Origin: a virus
Taxonomy: Duplodnaviria; Caudoviricetes
Length of the DNA stretch: 59,233 nt
Strand: one strand, 5' to 3'
IMG/VR virus record: IMGVR_UViG_3300021197_001657
Location: 1-59,233 of that record
The position numbers and the translations under genes are program-made. Shown here one piece after another: positions 8,839 to 17,880 of the stretch. Each line of letters starts with the position of its first letter. Positions within the stretch are counted from its first letter, which is position 1. The notes under the pieces are model-generated. The model did not search any database and was not told where the DNA came from. It worked only from the letters and a program-made list of their open reading frames with translations.

Positions 8839-11071
8839 TCTCCTCCAGTTCCTGTCTTCTTATATCATCAGCTTCAGGACCACCTTGTAATCTTTCATCA
8901 GCTTGTTCTTGTCGTTGTTCTGCAATAGCCTGAAGTTCATCTTGTTCTTGTTGTTGCATCTGTTGTTGTTGTTCCTGTTGGGCCATAGCAATCATCTGCT
9001 GTTCTTGCATTTGTTGTTGCTCAACCTGAGCCTGTTGCTCCTGTTGCATCTGCTCACGCAGTAGTATACTGCTAGTCGCCAGATTCGCAGGATGCAAGAC
9101 ATTACCCTGTTTAATCAACTCCAACCGCTCACGGATTTCCATTTCACGTTGATCGTCACTGATTGCCTTCTTCTCATTCAGTGTCGCCTTCAACTGCTCC
9201 ATGGCCATATCAGCCTGAGCCTTGGCCTGTATCTGATTAACTATAGCCTGTTGTTGTACCTGTTGTTGCTGCATCAGTGCCTGTTGCTGTGCTTGCTGAC
9301 CCTGCTGCATTTCCATCGCAACCTGATCCTCTGTCTTCAACATGTGTTCAGGATCGAGATTAAAAGCCCTCAACAACGGTCTCGTAAATGCCTCGTGTTT
9401 GATAAATGCCTGAAACTGAGGCAGTGATCCCGCAACCTGTAGGAACTGTATTAGCTGGGTATTATGAACCTCTTTTGCCACATACTGTTCATATCCCGTT
9501 GATATTGCCTCATAATCTCCCTTAATCGTTGGATCAGGAGAGTCAACCATGAGCCACCTATATATAGACTGTATATTGGATGTAATCATGTTACTCACCG
9601 ATCTCACAACATCCGCAGTCTGCCTGTTAGCGTTGGAATTTAAAATACTCATGCCAGTCGCAGTCTTGGTCTGAGAAGGACTCATGTCTCCATAACCAAT
9701 GGCAGTCTGACCACTATCCAGGTCGGCCTCCCTCTCCAACTGCTGTATCAACGATATCAAACCATTCGTCACATCAGGTAAAACCACCGCCTGAAACGCA
9801 TCCCTCACACTCTGACCCGGCTTCAACCTTATCTGTTTCCCCGCATACATCTGCTCCGTATCCTCTCCAGCCTCAAACGCATTCGGATCAACCACAGTAA
9901 TTGGAACGGATGCCAGGGCCTTACCCTCAACCATCATAGCGTAGGAAAAATTTAGAATCGCCTGTACATCCCTAATTGCATAGTAGATTCCATCTCCCCA
10001 TATAGTCTCAGGGTTCTTCTGCCAGTAACAAAAATGATAGGGCATCTCTCCATCAAACGGGTTCTCCTCCATCTTGACAACTTTGTCACCGATAACCGTC
10101 ATAACAACATCAAGGTTTTCCCTCATGTCATCATCCTGCAAGTTCAAATACGGTTTAAAATCCTTTACGTCCACCTTTCCCCAGAACTCCAGAATCTCTA
10201 TATTCTTTACTCTGACGTAGCTCGACTCGTCGTAGATTCTCGGGTGCTGGCTTTCGTCGTATCCTGATCTATCTCCGATCCCTTCGTCCAGGACGCTTTG
10301 AATAGATCCAGGTATGAAACTATCGTCATTTTTAGCGAGCTCCCGAAGTTGTTTAGGGCTGACAAAACTTCGCTGAATGATATAATCTGCATCTCTCGGA
10401 CTCTCCGCTTCAGGTGATGGGAATATGTTCCAAATTGAAACATGTTTAACAGCCGGGACAAGCTCCTCCTCCTTTGACTCCTCAACCTCCAGCATATAAT
10501 CTGGAGTTCTTGTTGCACGGAATACAGGGAAGTTTTTTTTCTCCAACGATATGGCCTTAGTACATCCTGTACCGTAAAGACACATCTCGTGTATAGTATG
10601 CTGAACCGCCTGATTATACTCCGTCCTATCGAGGATATCCCGTATCCTGTCCTCCATGTTTTCAGCACGAGCCTTAATCTCATCCTCCAGAAGGTCAGGC
10701 CTCCCCGGAGGTGCATCCAAATCAGGTGGAATAAACCTCGGTTTCCTACTAGGTGTAATACTGAATGGTATCCTACCATCCTCAAACAAAAGTGTACCAA
10801 TCTTGATCTTAGCCGAGTTAACCTTCCTTCTTGTCTGGTTAACAAATATTCCCCTTTCATGGGCCAACTCCGTTGACTTGTTTATATGACTGGGATACTT
10901 CCCCCTATACGCATCATAGGCCTCCTGCCAGTGTGTTTCGTGATCCCTTCTATATGTCCTCGCCTCAGTAAACTTTTCCTGTACCAGGCCAGCCAAATCA
11001 TCCAGAGGTGCACTAACCGTCTTCACCTCTATCCCCAATAGCTCAGCCGTTTCCGGGTTTTGTTCTGCCAT
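8822..11071 (-). CDS. Portal protein
   Basis: 749 aa; LYGTG, WNIFPSP, WGDGI and KTATGMSIL motifs; Gln-rich C-terminal barrel; follows terminase. Confidence 0.85.
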   Translation of the reverse strand: MAEQNPETAELLGIEVKTVSAPLDDLAGLVQEKFTEARTYRRDHETHWQEAYDAYRGKYPSHINKSTELAHERGIFVNQTRRKVNSAKIKIGTLLFEDGRIPFSITPSRKPRFIPPDLDAPPGRPDLLEDEIKARAENMEDRIRDILDRTEYNQAVQHTIHEMCLYGTGCTKAISLEKKNFPVFRATRTPDYMLEVEESKEEELVPAVKHVSIWNIFPSPEAESPRDADYIIQRSFVSPKQLRELAKNDDSFIPGSIQSVLDEGIGDRSGYDESQHPRIYDESSYVRVKNIEILEFWGKVDVKDFKPYLNLQDDDMRENLDVVMTVIGDKVVKMEENPFDGEMPYHFCYWQKNPETIWGDGIYYAIRDVQAILNFSYAMMVEGKALASVPITVVDPNAFEAGEDTEQMYAGKQIRLKPGQSVRDAFQAVVLPDVTNGLISLIQQLEREADLDSGQTAIGYGDMSPSQTKTATGMSILNSNANRQTADVVRSVSNMITSNIQSIYRWLMVDSPDPTIKGDYEAISTGYEQYVAKEVHNTQLIQFLQVAGSLPQFQAFIKHEAFTRPLLRAFNLDPEHMLKTEDQVAMEMQQGQQAQQQALMQQQQVQQQAIVNQIQAKAQADMAMEQLKATLNEKKAISDDQREMEIRERLELIKQGNVLHPANLATSSILLREQMQQEQQAQVEQQQMQEQQMIAMAQQEQQQQMQQQEQDELQAIAEQRQEQADERLQGGPEADDIRRQELEENAPAE

Positions 11072-11252
11072 TAAGTTCCTTTTCTAGTTTCTCAGATAAA
11101 TTATTAAGAGAAGCACAGACTCCAAGTGACAACTGCAAACCCGCTTCCTGTCCAAAATGCTCGCAAAATACGTTGACCAAGTTATTCATAATAGGCTGTA
11201 AATCATCCTCCAGGTGTCTCTTCCCAAACTCTGCCTCTATAACATTGCTCAT
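11043..11252 (-). CDS. Hypothetical protein
   Basis: 69-aa ORF bridging terL and portal with overlaps. Confidence 0.55.
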   Translation of the reverse strand: MSNVIEAEFGKRHLEDDLQPIMNNLVNVFCEHFGQEAGLQLSLGVCASLNNLSEKLEKELNGRTKPGNG

Positions 11253-13027
11253 ATTCCCGAAGGGGTGAAGAATTTCAACGGTCTCTTGTAAAAAGGCGTG
11301 TGTCTCATCATATCTTGTCCGCTACCTGCCGCAGGGTACATCTTTGCTCCAAACGCAGCAATAGCCAAAGCCATCACACAATCATCGTGTGATCCAGGCT
11401 GAGCGGACATTTTGCCGTTAGATAAATTAACAAACGTCTGTAGTTCGTCCAATAACTTTGGAGAGTGAATCTTAATTTCCCTCTCTCTTATTAACTCTCT
11501 TAAATAGTCTATTATCAGTGGCTTAGACTTAACTGTCGTGTGAAAACCCAATTTTCTTGCCGTTCTACTAGACCGCTCATCAAGGATCTTTTCAGAGTAT
11601 AGATTGGGGTACAAATGAATCTCTTGTAAAAACTTTAAAGTTACAAGTCCATGGTTGTTTCTTTCTACGAACAACTGGGCATTATTGTACCATTTCCCCA
11701 AACTCGCTACTTGCCATGCCAGTAAATCAGGGTCTATCTTACACCTCAGCATCGCAACCTCTTCAAACGTATGGGGATCTATAACCACCGCAACCGACCA
11801 GTCCGTATCCCGACCTATATCCAAACCCTCTGCAACATCAACCCCAATCCTGTAGTCCCTCTGTTTATTAGGCTTTTCCCATACCTGTAGCTCTCCATCA
11901 TCCATGGACTCTATTATATACTTCTCCGTAGTCTTACCATCCTTGTATGCCTGAATCGGTATATGGTACCCCAGACTCGGACTCTCCCTCGTCATTCTCT
12001 CACTATCCAAAACCATCTCATTCAACTGCTCCCTCGGGAATACACCCCTTCCCGTTGATATAAAAGCCTCCCTAGCCGTACTAGGAAACTCCTGATGAAA
12101 CTTCTGAAGGTCATTCTGACACTGGGTCCGTATGCACTGCCTTCTCCAGTTTAAATTCTCAAGTGTTACCTCGAACTCAAGCGGCTCCTCAGCCCCAATA
12201 TCAAACTGACACGACACACCAAGCAGCTTTGACTCCTCCTCACCACCATACCTATCATCCGTTCCCAGTACCGCCTTGAACTCCTTTCTCTCCTCCTCAC
12301 TCTTGAAATCCTTACTATAGTGGCTAAACATAAACCACGGGAAAAACACCGCCTCCCATCCGCTATCCCCAGCATACGCATCCCAGAACATATCGTGGAA
12401 CACACCACCAGTCCCCTGTGCCGTACTCTCTATTATCGCCTCCGTCTTAAACCCCTGAACCACACAGTTCAACAGCCCCAGTAAATACTCCTCTCCACCA
12501 TGCCCCCAGCTCGCCACCTCACTACAGTGCAGAAAGTCCACCTTGCTACCCCTCACCTCCCGACCCCCTACAGTCGATAAACTATATAAAGAATTGAGAC
12601 CACCCTCGTCACTACCCCAGTGCATCTCCCTCTTGCCCGAATACTTCATCTGGGGCTTTATTTCCTTCGGCAGGTTCTGCTCCATAGTCCGTGCCATATT
12701 AAACATGACATCCGTTGCCGCCTTACTATGCGTGGTTATCTGCACCACCTTGTTTCGGTTCATAGCCGCATGATGAAAAAACCGTCCCTGTACATACGTT
12801 GATATACCAAATCTGCGGGCCTTCAACACAATCATCCTCACATGCTCGTCTCGGTCTATCTGCCTCTGCATCATCTTATGCAGGATTACCTGTACCTCGT
12901 TGAGCTCAAATGCAATCAACTCTCCCGTCCCAAACTCCTGGATTTTAATACAGTTGTTGAAATAAAATACCGGGTCCCTTTGAAGTTTTGCTACAAGCTG
13001 GACTAAATCATCAGACATTTCGGACAC
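11249..13027 (-). CDS. terL: Terminase large subunit
   Basis: IVLKARRFGIST Walker A, LHCSEVASW Walker B, IGVDVAEG nuclease, HDDCVMALAIA. Confidence 0.93.
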   Translation of the reverse strand: MSEMSDDLVQLVAKLQRDPVFYFNNCIKIQEFGTGELIAFELNEVQVILHKMMQRQIDRDEHVRMIVLKARRFGISTYVQGRFFHHAAMNRNKVVQITTHSKAATDVMFNMARTMEQNLPKEIKPQMKYSGKREMHWGSDEGGLNSLYSLSTVGGREVRGSKVDFLHCSEVASWGHGGEEYLLGLLNCVVQGFKTEAIIESTAQGTGGVFHDMFWDAYAGDSGWEAVFFPWFMFSHYSKDFKSEEERKEFKAVLGTDDRYGGEEESKLLGVSCQFDIGAEEPLEFEVTLENLNWRRQCIRTQCQNDLQKFHQEFPSTAREAFISTGRGVFPREQLNEMVLDSERMTRESPSLGYHIPIQAYKDGKTTEKYIIESMDDGELQVWEKPNKQRDYRIGVDVAEGLDIGRDTDWSVAVVIDPHTFEEVAMLRCKIDPDLLAWQVASLGKWYNNAQLFVERNNHGLVTLKFLQEIHLYPNLYSEKILDERSSRTARKLGFHTTVKSKPLIIDYLRELIREREIKIHSPKLLDELQTFVNLSNGKMSAQPGSHDDCVMALAIAAFGAKMYPAAGSGQDMMRHTPFYKRPLKFFTPSGI

Positions 13028-13053
13028 TTTTAAGACACCTTTAAGACATTGAT

Positions 13054-13461
13054 CTAAAAAATACCATGAACTTCATTTTTATTTTGCTTTTCCTGTTTGA
13101 TTCTTATCAAACGCTCCAGGTAAAACTTGGCCTTTCTAAGGTCCTCAACCACCTTGTCCGGGTTCTTCTTGTCCGCACGGACTATATACTTGACTATGTT
13201 TCCACTGTGGTAATCCAGGCCCCACTCCTCAATGGCATCCAGGACTTCTATTTTAGAAAATGTATAGTGTGACGGGTGACTTACCGGGTCCCCAGAGCCT
13301 TTTTTAAAATCAGGGTCGTCATATCTAAGAGTCGGTTCATATTGGGGCGACCGGGTCCCTTTCGTCTTCTTCTGAAAATCTATCGTACTCCATGCCTTTT
13401 CTTCTCTTTCCGCCTGTTCCGCTTCCTTTCTCTGTAGTTCGTCTCTCTCGTAGTTGCTCAT
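13054..13461 (-). CDS. DUF3310/SaV-like protein (T7 gp1.7 nucleotide-kinase-like family)
   Basis: DPVSHPSHY..GNIVKYIVRA..EDLRKAKFYL. Confidence 0.8.
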   Translation of the reverse strand: MSNYERDELQRKEAEQAEREEKAWSTIDFQKKTKGTRSPQYEPTLRYDDPDFKKGSGDPVSHPSHYTFSKIEVLDAIEEWGLDYHSGNIVKYIVRADKKNPDKVVEDLRKAKFYLERLIRIKQEKQNKNEVHGIF

Positions 13462-13544
13462 TTAGATAGCCCTCCAGTTGCTCTCGTTGTTTTAGTGATT
13501 TTCTTGATGTGTCCATATATGCCTCTAACTACTGTATGTAATAA

Positions 13545-13695
13545 GTAGGGTGGTGGTTGACGGGTGCCCCCCGCGTTCCTTTTCACTGTGCGATTCGTGG
13601 GACCCCTATCCCGTTCATTTGTGGTCGGCAGGCCTGCTGACTGGGGGGGGGAGCAGACCTGCCTGAGTCAACGAGGGGAGACGACCTCGCCAACT
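13545..13695. other. GC-rich structured non-coding segment, candidate pac site or genome end
   Basis: Several inverted repeats and a G9 run just downstream of terS. Confidence 0.35.
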
Positions 13696-13697
13696 TG

Positions 13698-14156
13698 CTA
13701 TTCCTGATTAACTGTGTCTTTTTCTTGAGATATTGACACAGGCAATACGCGTGATCCGTTTAATTGCAAGGGCTCAGGTGTGATGTCCTTGGCTTTGTCG
13801 AGTAACAACTCAAATGAATGACTCACCTCTGTCTTTGTCGTCCTCTCGTCCTTCAGCACTCCAACGTGCCGACCTAGCAGGGTCAACATATCCTTTGCTG
13901 GTGCCCATGCCTCAGCCTCCTTAGCTTTATTATACAAGTCCTGCAGTTCACCAATCACTTTCTCGGGTGTCCAGCCCTGTCCAGCTATCTGCATTTCTAT
14001 CTCCCCTTGTATCGCAGTTTTTCGCATGAGCTTGGTTGCTTGTGTTGAGGCACCGTTCTTACTATATCCTGCCTTCACACAAGCCTCGGTCTGAGAAAGA
14101 CCTTGAATGATCCCTGCAACAAATTTGAGCTCTCTAACGGACAATCTTTGACTCAT
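13698..14156 (-). CDS. terS: Terminase small subunit
   Basis: TEACVKAGYS..A..QATKLM HTH; LTLLGRHVG; upstream of terL. Confidence 0.85.
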   Translation of the reverse strand: MSQRLSVRELKFVAGIIQGLSQTEACVKAGYSKNGASTQATKLMRKTAIQGEIEMQIAGQGWTPEKVIGELQDLYNKAKEAEAWAPAKDMLTLLGRHVGVLKDERTTKTEVSHSFELLLDKAKDITPEPLQLNGSRVLPVSISQEKDTVNQE

Positions 14157-14169
14157 ATATATAGGTCTC

Positions 14170-14715
14170 TCAGAATCCAGCTTTCATCATCTCATCCTCG
14201 ATAATCCTCAGAGCTCCGATCTCAGGGCTTTCAAGTTTTTCAATCTTTCCGCCTTTGGATAAAAATTCCTTCATTTTGTCTTTTATATATGAGTGATTGA
14301 TCGAATGATCTGGGCACTGTGATTTCCTGGCTACACTAAAATCAATTTTGCGGTATCTCCCTGTTCCAGTTTTCTTCTCCATTTTTCGTCTCTCGGACAA
14401 AGCTCGCTGACAGCTTAGTGAGTTGCAAACGATTTTAGTCTTCGCCCATCTCAAAAATTCTGTCCCACATTCCTCGCAGTCTACCAGAAAACCGAATTCT
14501 CTCCGTTGTAGGGTATAGAGCTCGATCACTCTCTCTGAGGTGAATTCTTCCAGTCCCTTAGACCTCAGAAATTGACCAATCCGAACCCAATATTTTTCAG
14601 GAGCGATTGAGCCAGCTTTGAACCAACTTGCCAGACTTGCCTCGGGTAAACCAGTCTCTTTTGTGATATGTTTCATTTTCCAAACATGTTTTTTCTGTAA
14701 TGATTTCAGCCACAT
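14170..14715 (-). CDS. Putative transcription regulator (HTH, Zn finger, EFLxxGGKI tail)
   Basis: Xre-like ETGLPEASLASW; CEEC..CNSLSC; C-terminal EFLSKGGKIEKL. Confidence 0.55.
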   Translation of the reverse strand: MWLKSLQKKHVWKMKHITKETGLPEASLASWFKAGSIAPEKYWVRIGQFLRSKGLEEFTSERVIELYTLQRREFGFLVDCEECGTEFLRWAKTKIVCNSLSCQRALSERRKMEKKTGTGRYRKIDFSVARKSQCPDHSINHSYIKDKMKEFLSKGGKIEKLESPEIGALRIIEDEMMKAGF

Positions 14716-14809
14716 AAGTAATTAATTCATTTTAGGGTTGCAAAAGTTCAAGGGATCAGTTCCAATATAATCTCAATTTTAAAATTTCATTCTAACATAA
14801 GGGAACAGA

Positions 14810-14926
14810 ATGACAGCATTTCATTTGGCAATGACGGTTTTTATTGGAATTCCATTCACCATGTTTGTGATCGGATGGGGGGTTTTTCTTTATGATTGTC
14901 TTGAGCAAAAAGACCTCTATAAATAA
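14810..14926 (+). CDS. Small membrane peptide (38 aa)
   Basis: Manual translation MTAFHLAMTVFIGIPFTMFVIGWGVFLYDCLEQKDLYK; AAGGGA RBS. Confidence 0.5.
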   Translation: MTAFHLAMTVFIGIPFTMFVIGWGVFLYDCLEQKDLYK

Positions 14927-14934
14927 GGAATAAA

Positions 14935-15123
14935 ATGCAACAAATTTTTATTGGTTCACGAGCCCTGAAAGCGATTTCAGATCAGGCTCAAAGAAACAAA
15001 ATGAATCCAAACGATATGGTGAGACTAGATACCATGAAGAGATGGTCCAAAAAAACAAAAATCACACAAGATCAAATTGATCTTGCAATGGCAGAATTCA
15101 AATCAAAACAGGAGAAAATATGA
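14935..15123 (+). CDS. Early hypothetical protein
   Basis: AAGGA RBS; coupled to next ORF. Confidence 0.55.
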   Translation: MQQIFIGSRALKAISDQAQRNKMNPNDMVRLDTMKRWSKKTKITQDQIDLAMAEFKSKQEKI

Positions 15124-15302
15124 TTTCCGATACACTAAGCTCAGCGGTTATAAGCATTAATGAATATTTAGAGTCCTCATCTTTATATAAGGAAGAGGAT
15201 TGGAATCCTGCAGACTGGGCTCAAATCAAGGCCTGTGTTCAAGTCATGAATAGTACTCGTATGATGCTGGATACTCCTGATCGTGACCTACTATCTGAGT
15301 GA
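15120..15302 (+). CDS. Early hypothetical protein
   Basis: AGGAG RBS; ATGA overlap. Confidence 0.55.
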   Translation: MISDTLSSAVISINEYLESSSLYKEEDWNPADWAQIKACVQVMNSTRMMLDTPDRDLLSE

Positions 15303-15342
15303 TCTTATCGAGCCCTCACCCGAGGGTTCGGTTGGTTTCATT
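15298..15342 (+). promoter_or_regulatory. Intergenic RNA hairpin 1 (RNase III site-like)
   Basis: AGTGA..ATCGAGCCCTC-ACCC-GAGGGTTCGGT..TCATT. Confidence 0.5.
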
Positions 15343-15367
15343 CGGTTAACACTTAATAAAGGAAAAT

Positions 15368-15529
15368 ATGGTTAAAGTGTTTTTTGAAAACAAATTGGTC
15401 TCTGAATTGGTAGCAACTTTTGAGGATGAGGAAACCTATATAGCCTGTTTTGATACTCTAAAAGGTTTAATGCGTGAAAGAAGATTTGACATAATAACTG
15501 AATCCATCGAAGAAGAAGAAGAAAAATAA
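15368..15529 (+). CDS. Early hypothetical protein (53 aa)
   Basis: Manual translation MVKVFFENKLVSELVATFEDEETYIACF...; AAGGA RBS. Confidence 0.55.
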   Translation: MVKVFFENKLVSELVATFEDEETYIACFDTLKGLMRERRFDIITESIEEEEEK

Positions 15530-15538
15530 GGAGATAGT

Positions 15539-15703
15539 TTGGAAGAAAAAGAAAGTAAAAGTAAAAAGCATTTTTACCTCAGTCTGGTAAAAAGCGGTAT
15601 CAGAATTGAAGGATGTATCATGGCAGGGATTTTTGAGAATATCATAATCCTCTGTATTTTTCTTGCTCTGGCAGAGCTAATCGGAATATGGGAAGAAATA
15701 TGA
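15539..15703 (+). CDS. Small membrane protein (54 aa)
   Basis: TTG start after GGAGA; KHFYLSLVKSGIRI..LAELIGIWEEI. Confidence 0.55.
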   Translation: MEEKESKSKKHFYLSLVKSGIRIEGCIMAGIFENIIILCIFLALAELIGIWEEI

Positions 15704-15927
15704 GAAATATTATTGAAAGAATAGAAACAACTTTAAAAAAAGATAAGGAATCCCTTGAAGAATTTGAAAACTTGGAAATGGAATCCTCTGATGAATATCT
15801 CTTTGAAGGAAGGATCGAGGCACTTGAATGGGTTTTAGAGGTCATTAAAGGGGATGTTTATCCTGATGAACGAACTCAAGAAGAATTTCAATTGAACTGG
15901 AAAGGTAAATCGAGGGGAGCTATATGA
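15700..15927 (+). CDS. Early hypothetical protein
   Basis: ATGA-coupled start at 15700; GRIEALEWVL motif. Confidence 0.55.
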   Translation: MRNIIERIETTLKKDKESLEEFENLEMESSDEYLFEGRIEALEWVLEVIKGDVYPDERTQEEFQLNWKGKSRGAI

Positions 15928-16109
15928 AAAAAGAAAAACTTTGGAATGAATATCGGGTAGAGATTGGGAATCAGACTCTTCATCTCAGCATCGAGAATGA
16001 CGTTGATACTAATGATGAATTTTTTGCTTTCTGTCATGACAAGATCGAGATGATCCGAGTCAATGGTTGGCTTATCGATAGTATCGAACCAATAGTTGAC
16101 CCTCTCTAA
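15924..16109 (+). CDS. Early hypothetical protein
   Basis: GGGGAG RBS; overlap with upstream stop. Confidence 0.5.
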   Translation: MKKEKLWNEYRVEIGNQTLHLSIENDVDTNDEFFAFCHDKIEMIRVNGWLIDSIEPIVDPL

Positions 16110-16111
16110 GA

Positions 16112-16279
16112 ATGAAAATGAAGATTTACATTGAGAAGTTAAAAGATGGTTCATGGGTCGTAGTGGACACTGAAAAATCAGAAGTCGAGCAGTTCAAGAC
16201 CTTTGAAGAAGCTCGACAATATTTTTTATTCATCAGTGGCAATCTTGCCAAAAATAATCAATCTCAGGAGACAAAATGA
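16112..16279 (+). CDS. Early hypothetical protein (55 aa)
   Basis: Manual translation MKMKIYIEKLKDGSWVVVD..FKTFEEARQY; fills the gap and overlaps the next start. Confidence 0.5.
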   Translation: MKMKIYIEKLKDGSWVVVDTEKSEVEQFKTFEEARQYFLFISGNLAKNNQSQETK

Positions 16280-16665
16280 TTGATTCAAGCGTGAAAGTGA
16301 CAATCCCTAGTACGGTCAATCTTGACCAACAGGCATCAGAGATCATGGTCGATGCAGTTGTCGATCAAGCGATGACAATCTTTTCTGAGCTCTTTGGGGG
16401 AGCTACTGCGACACCTTCAAAAGGTGCATATCTCTCCGAGGACGGAACCCTCGTGAAAGAGGATGTGATCGTAGTCGAGTCCCTCTGTCCTAAGCAGGAT
16501 GCTCACTTCAGAGCGGATTCTGTGATGGATCTCGGTGCCCAGATTTGCGAGGTCATGAAGCAAGAGTGTGTCTTGGTTCAGATTGATGGTGTGGCCCATT
16601 TTGTCGATGTGTCACATCGGATTCCCCACCTGTGTGGGACACTGCCGATGCCGTCCGAGAAGTGA
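16276..16665 (+). CDS. DUF3574/GlnB-like fold protein
   Basis: FGGAT..GAYLSEDGTLVKE..MKQECV pattern. Confidence 0.55.
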   Translation: MIDSSVKVTIPSTVNLDQQASEIMVDAVVDQAMTIFSELFGGATATPSKGAYLSEDGTLVKEDVIVVESLCPKQDAHFRADSVMDLGAQICEVMKQECVLVQIDGVAHFVDVSHRIPHLCGTLPMPSEK

Positions 16666-16708
16666 TCTCATTATGCCCATCGTGATGGTGGGCATATTGG
16701 ATATCATT
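16661..16708 (+). promoter_or_regulatory. Intergenic RNA hairpin 2 (RNase III site-like)
   Basis: AGTGAT..TATGCCCATC-GTGAT-GGTGGGCATA..ATCATT. Confidence 0.5.
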
Positions 16709-16741
16709 TTGATATTCGTTGAACCCTCAAAGGAGATATAT

Positions 16742-16873
16742 ATGAATGAGGACCATGTGGTCGGATTTGCAGGTGGTCTCGTAGCCTGTGGGTCGGTGAT
16801 CGTGATGTTTTTGGGATACTATTTATCTCAGGGTTACACTCACATTGATTTTATTCTATCAACTCAATATTAG
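16742..16873 (+). CDS. Small membrane peptide (43 aa)
   Basis: Strong AAGGAGATATAT RBS before ATG 16742; one hydrophobic helix. Confidence 0.55.
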   Translation: MNEDHVVGFAGGLVACGSVIVMFLGYYLSQGYTHIDFILSTQY

Positions 16874-16882
16874 GAGACAAAA

Positions 16883-17116
16883 ATGAGCACTCAAGAGACA
16901 AAAAGAGATCAAGATGAGAAGAATCTCAATCGGTTTCTTCTTGACGAACTTCTTTTGAAGAATATTTTACCCTCGGATGAAACAGTCCTTCACATGATAA
17001 TGATCATAGTCAAATATGCTCATGAAAATAATTACGAGTACGCTGATATGGTCGAAAACACGCTGGAAGAACTAGAATCTTTTTTAATCAACAAAGAGGA
17101 TCAAGAAAATGATTGA
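16883..17116 (+). CDS. Early hypothetical protein
   Basis: AGGAGAC RBS. Confidence 0.55.
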   Translation: MSTQETKRDQDEKNLNRFLLDELLLKNILPSDETVLHMIMIIVKYAHENNYEYADMVENTLEELESFLINKEDQEND

Positions 17117-17747
17117 TGCACAAAACTTCACAAATTTCTACGCTACCGATGACGAACTTCAAGAGATGTTTTTGTTCGCAGTATCGGTTGCAGGAAAGCC
17201 AAGTAAAATCACCCAGGTCAAGGTGAATCTTTTAGTCGATAGAATTGGCGAATGGCAGAAAGAAGACCATCCCGATGCTCAAGCACTGGGGCCTTTGGAG
17301 TATTTAATCTGGCTGGAACACGAGGCTTTCCTTGAGCTCATTCAGGGAGTGAAACTTGGAAAGTATCAGACTTGGCTCAAGCTATGGAGATTTTTTAATA
17401 ATCATAAATCTAAAATCCCTGAATTTCTCAGGACTGCATCCATCTCTGACTTGGAGAAAATTCCTGGAGTCAAGTTTAAAACCTCAAGGTTTTTCGTCCT
17501 GCATAGCAGAATGAAAGCAGAATGTGTTCCGTTGGACACTCACATTCTTAGATTCCTCAAAGATCGGGGTGTTCCCTCAGTGCCCAATGTCACTCCTGCA
17601 TCCAAGACCATATATGATGTTCTGGAGAAAATTGCTATCGAGGCCTTGAAAACCCTTGGATATAGCACTCTCGCAAAAGCCGATCTGGAGACTTGGAAAG
17701 CATATTCCAATAATTTTTCAGAATTTTTCAGAGGAGATCAGGCCTGA
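17109..17747 (+). CDS. HhH-GPD superfamily (Ogg-like) DNA glycosylase
   Basis: LEKIPGVKFKTSRFF helix-hairpin-helix with Lys; LDTHILRFL catalytic Asp; ADLETW. Confidence 0.75.
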   Translation: MIDAQNFTNFYATDDELQEMFLFAVSVAGKPSKITQVKVNLLVDRIGEWQKEDHPDAQALGPLEYLIWLEHEAFLELIQGVKLGKYQTWLKLWRFFNNHKSKIPEFLRTASISDLEKIPGVKFKTSRFFVLHSRMKAECVPLDTHILRFLKDRGVPSVPNVTPASKTIYDVLEKIAIEALKTLGYSTLAKADLETWKAYSNNFSEFFRGDQA

Positions 17748-17801
17748 GATTTTATCATAGCCCTTTGGCCGTGGAGTCAGAGGGCTAGAATATACTCTCA
17801 G
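17744..17801 (+). promoter_or_regulatory. Intergenic RNA hairpin 3 (RNase III site-like)
   Basis: CTGAGA..TAGCCCTTTGGC-CGTGGA-GTCAGAGGGCTA..TCTCAG. Confidence 0.5.
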
Positions 17802-17822
17802 AAAATTATTTAAATTTTTATC

Positions 17823-17850
17823 TTGTAATATAAAAAATGTGTGTCATACT
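17823..17850 (+). promoter_or_regulatory. Putative sigma70-type promoter
   Basis: TTGTAA-16 nt-CATACT with extended -10 TG; AT-rich upstream. Confidence 0.4.
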
Positions 17851-17880
17851 AAAGGTTCAAAAATTTTACAAGGAGACGAC

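Noticed and set aside
13545-13695. tRNA gene
   Set aside because: No T-loop GTTCRA, D-loop or acceptor stem consistent with a cloverleaf
14716-14809. Canonical sigma70 early promoter (TTGCAA..TATAAT)
   Set aside because: The hexamers are 22 nt apart; a promoter is likely in this divergent gap but cannot be placed confidently
16568-16741. Upstream extension of ORF 16568-16873
   Set aside because: Overlaps the preceding gene and hairpin 2; a strong RBS supports the start at 16742
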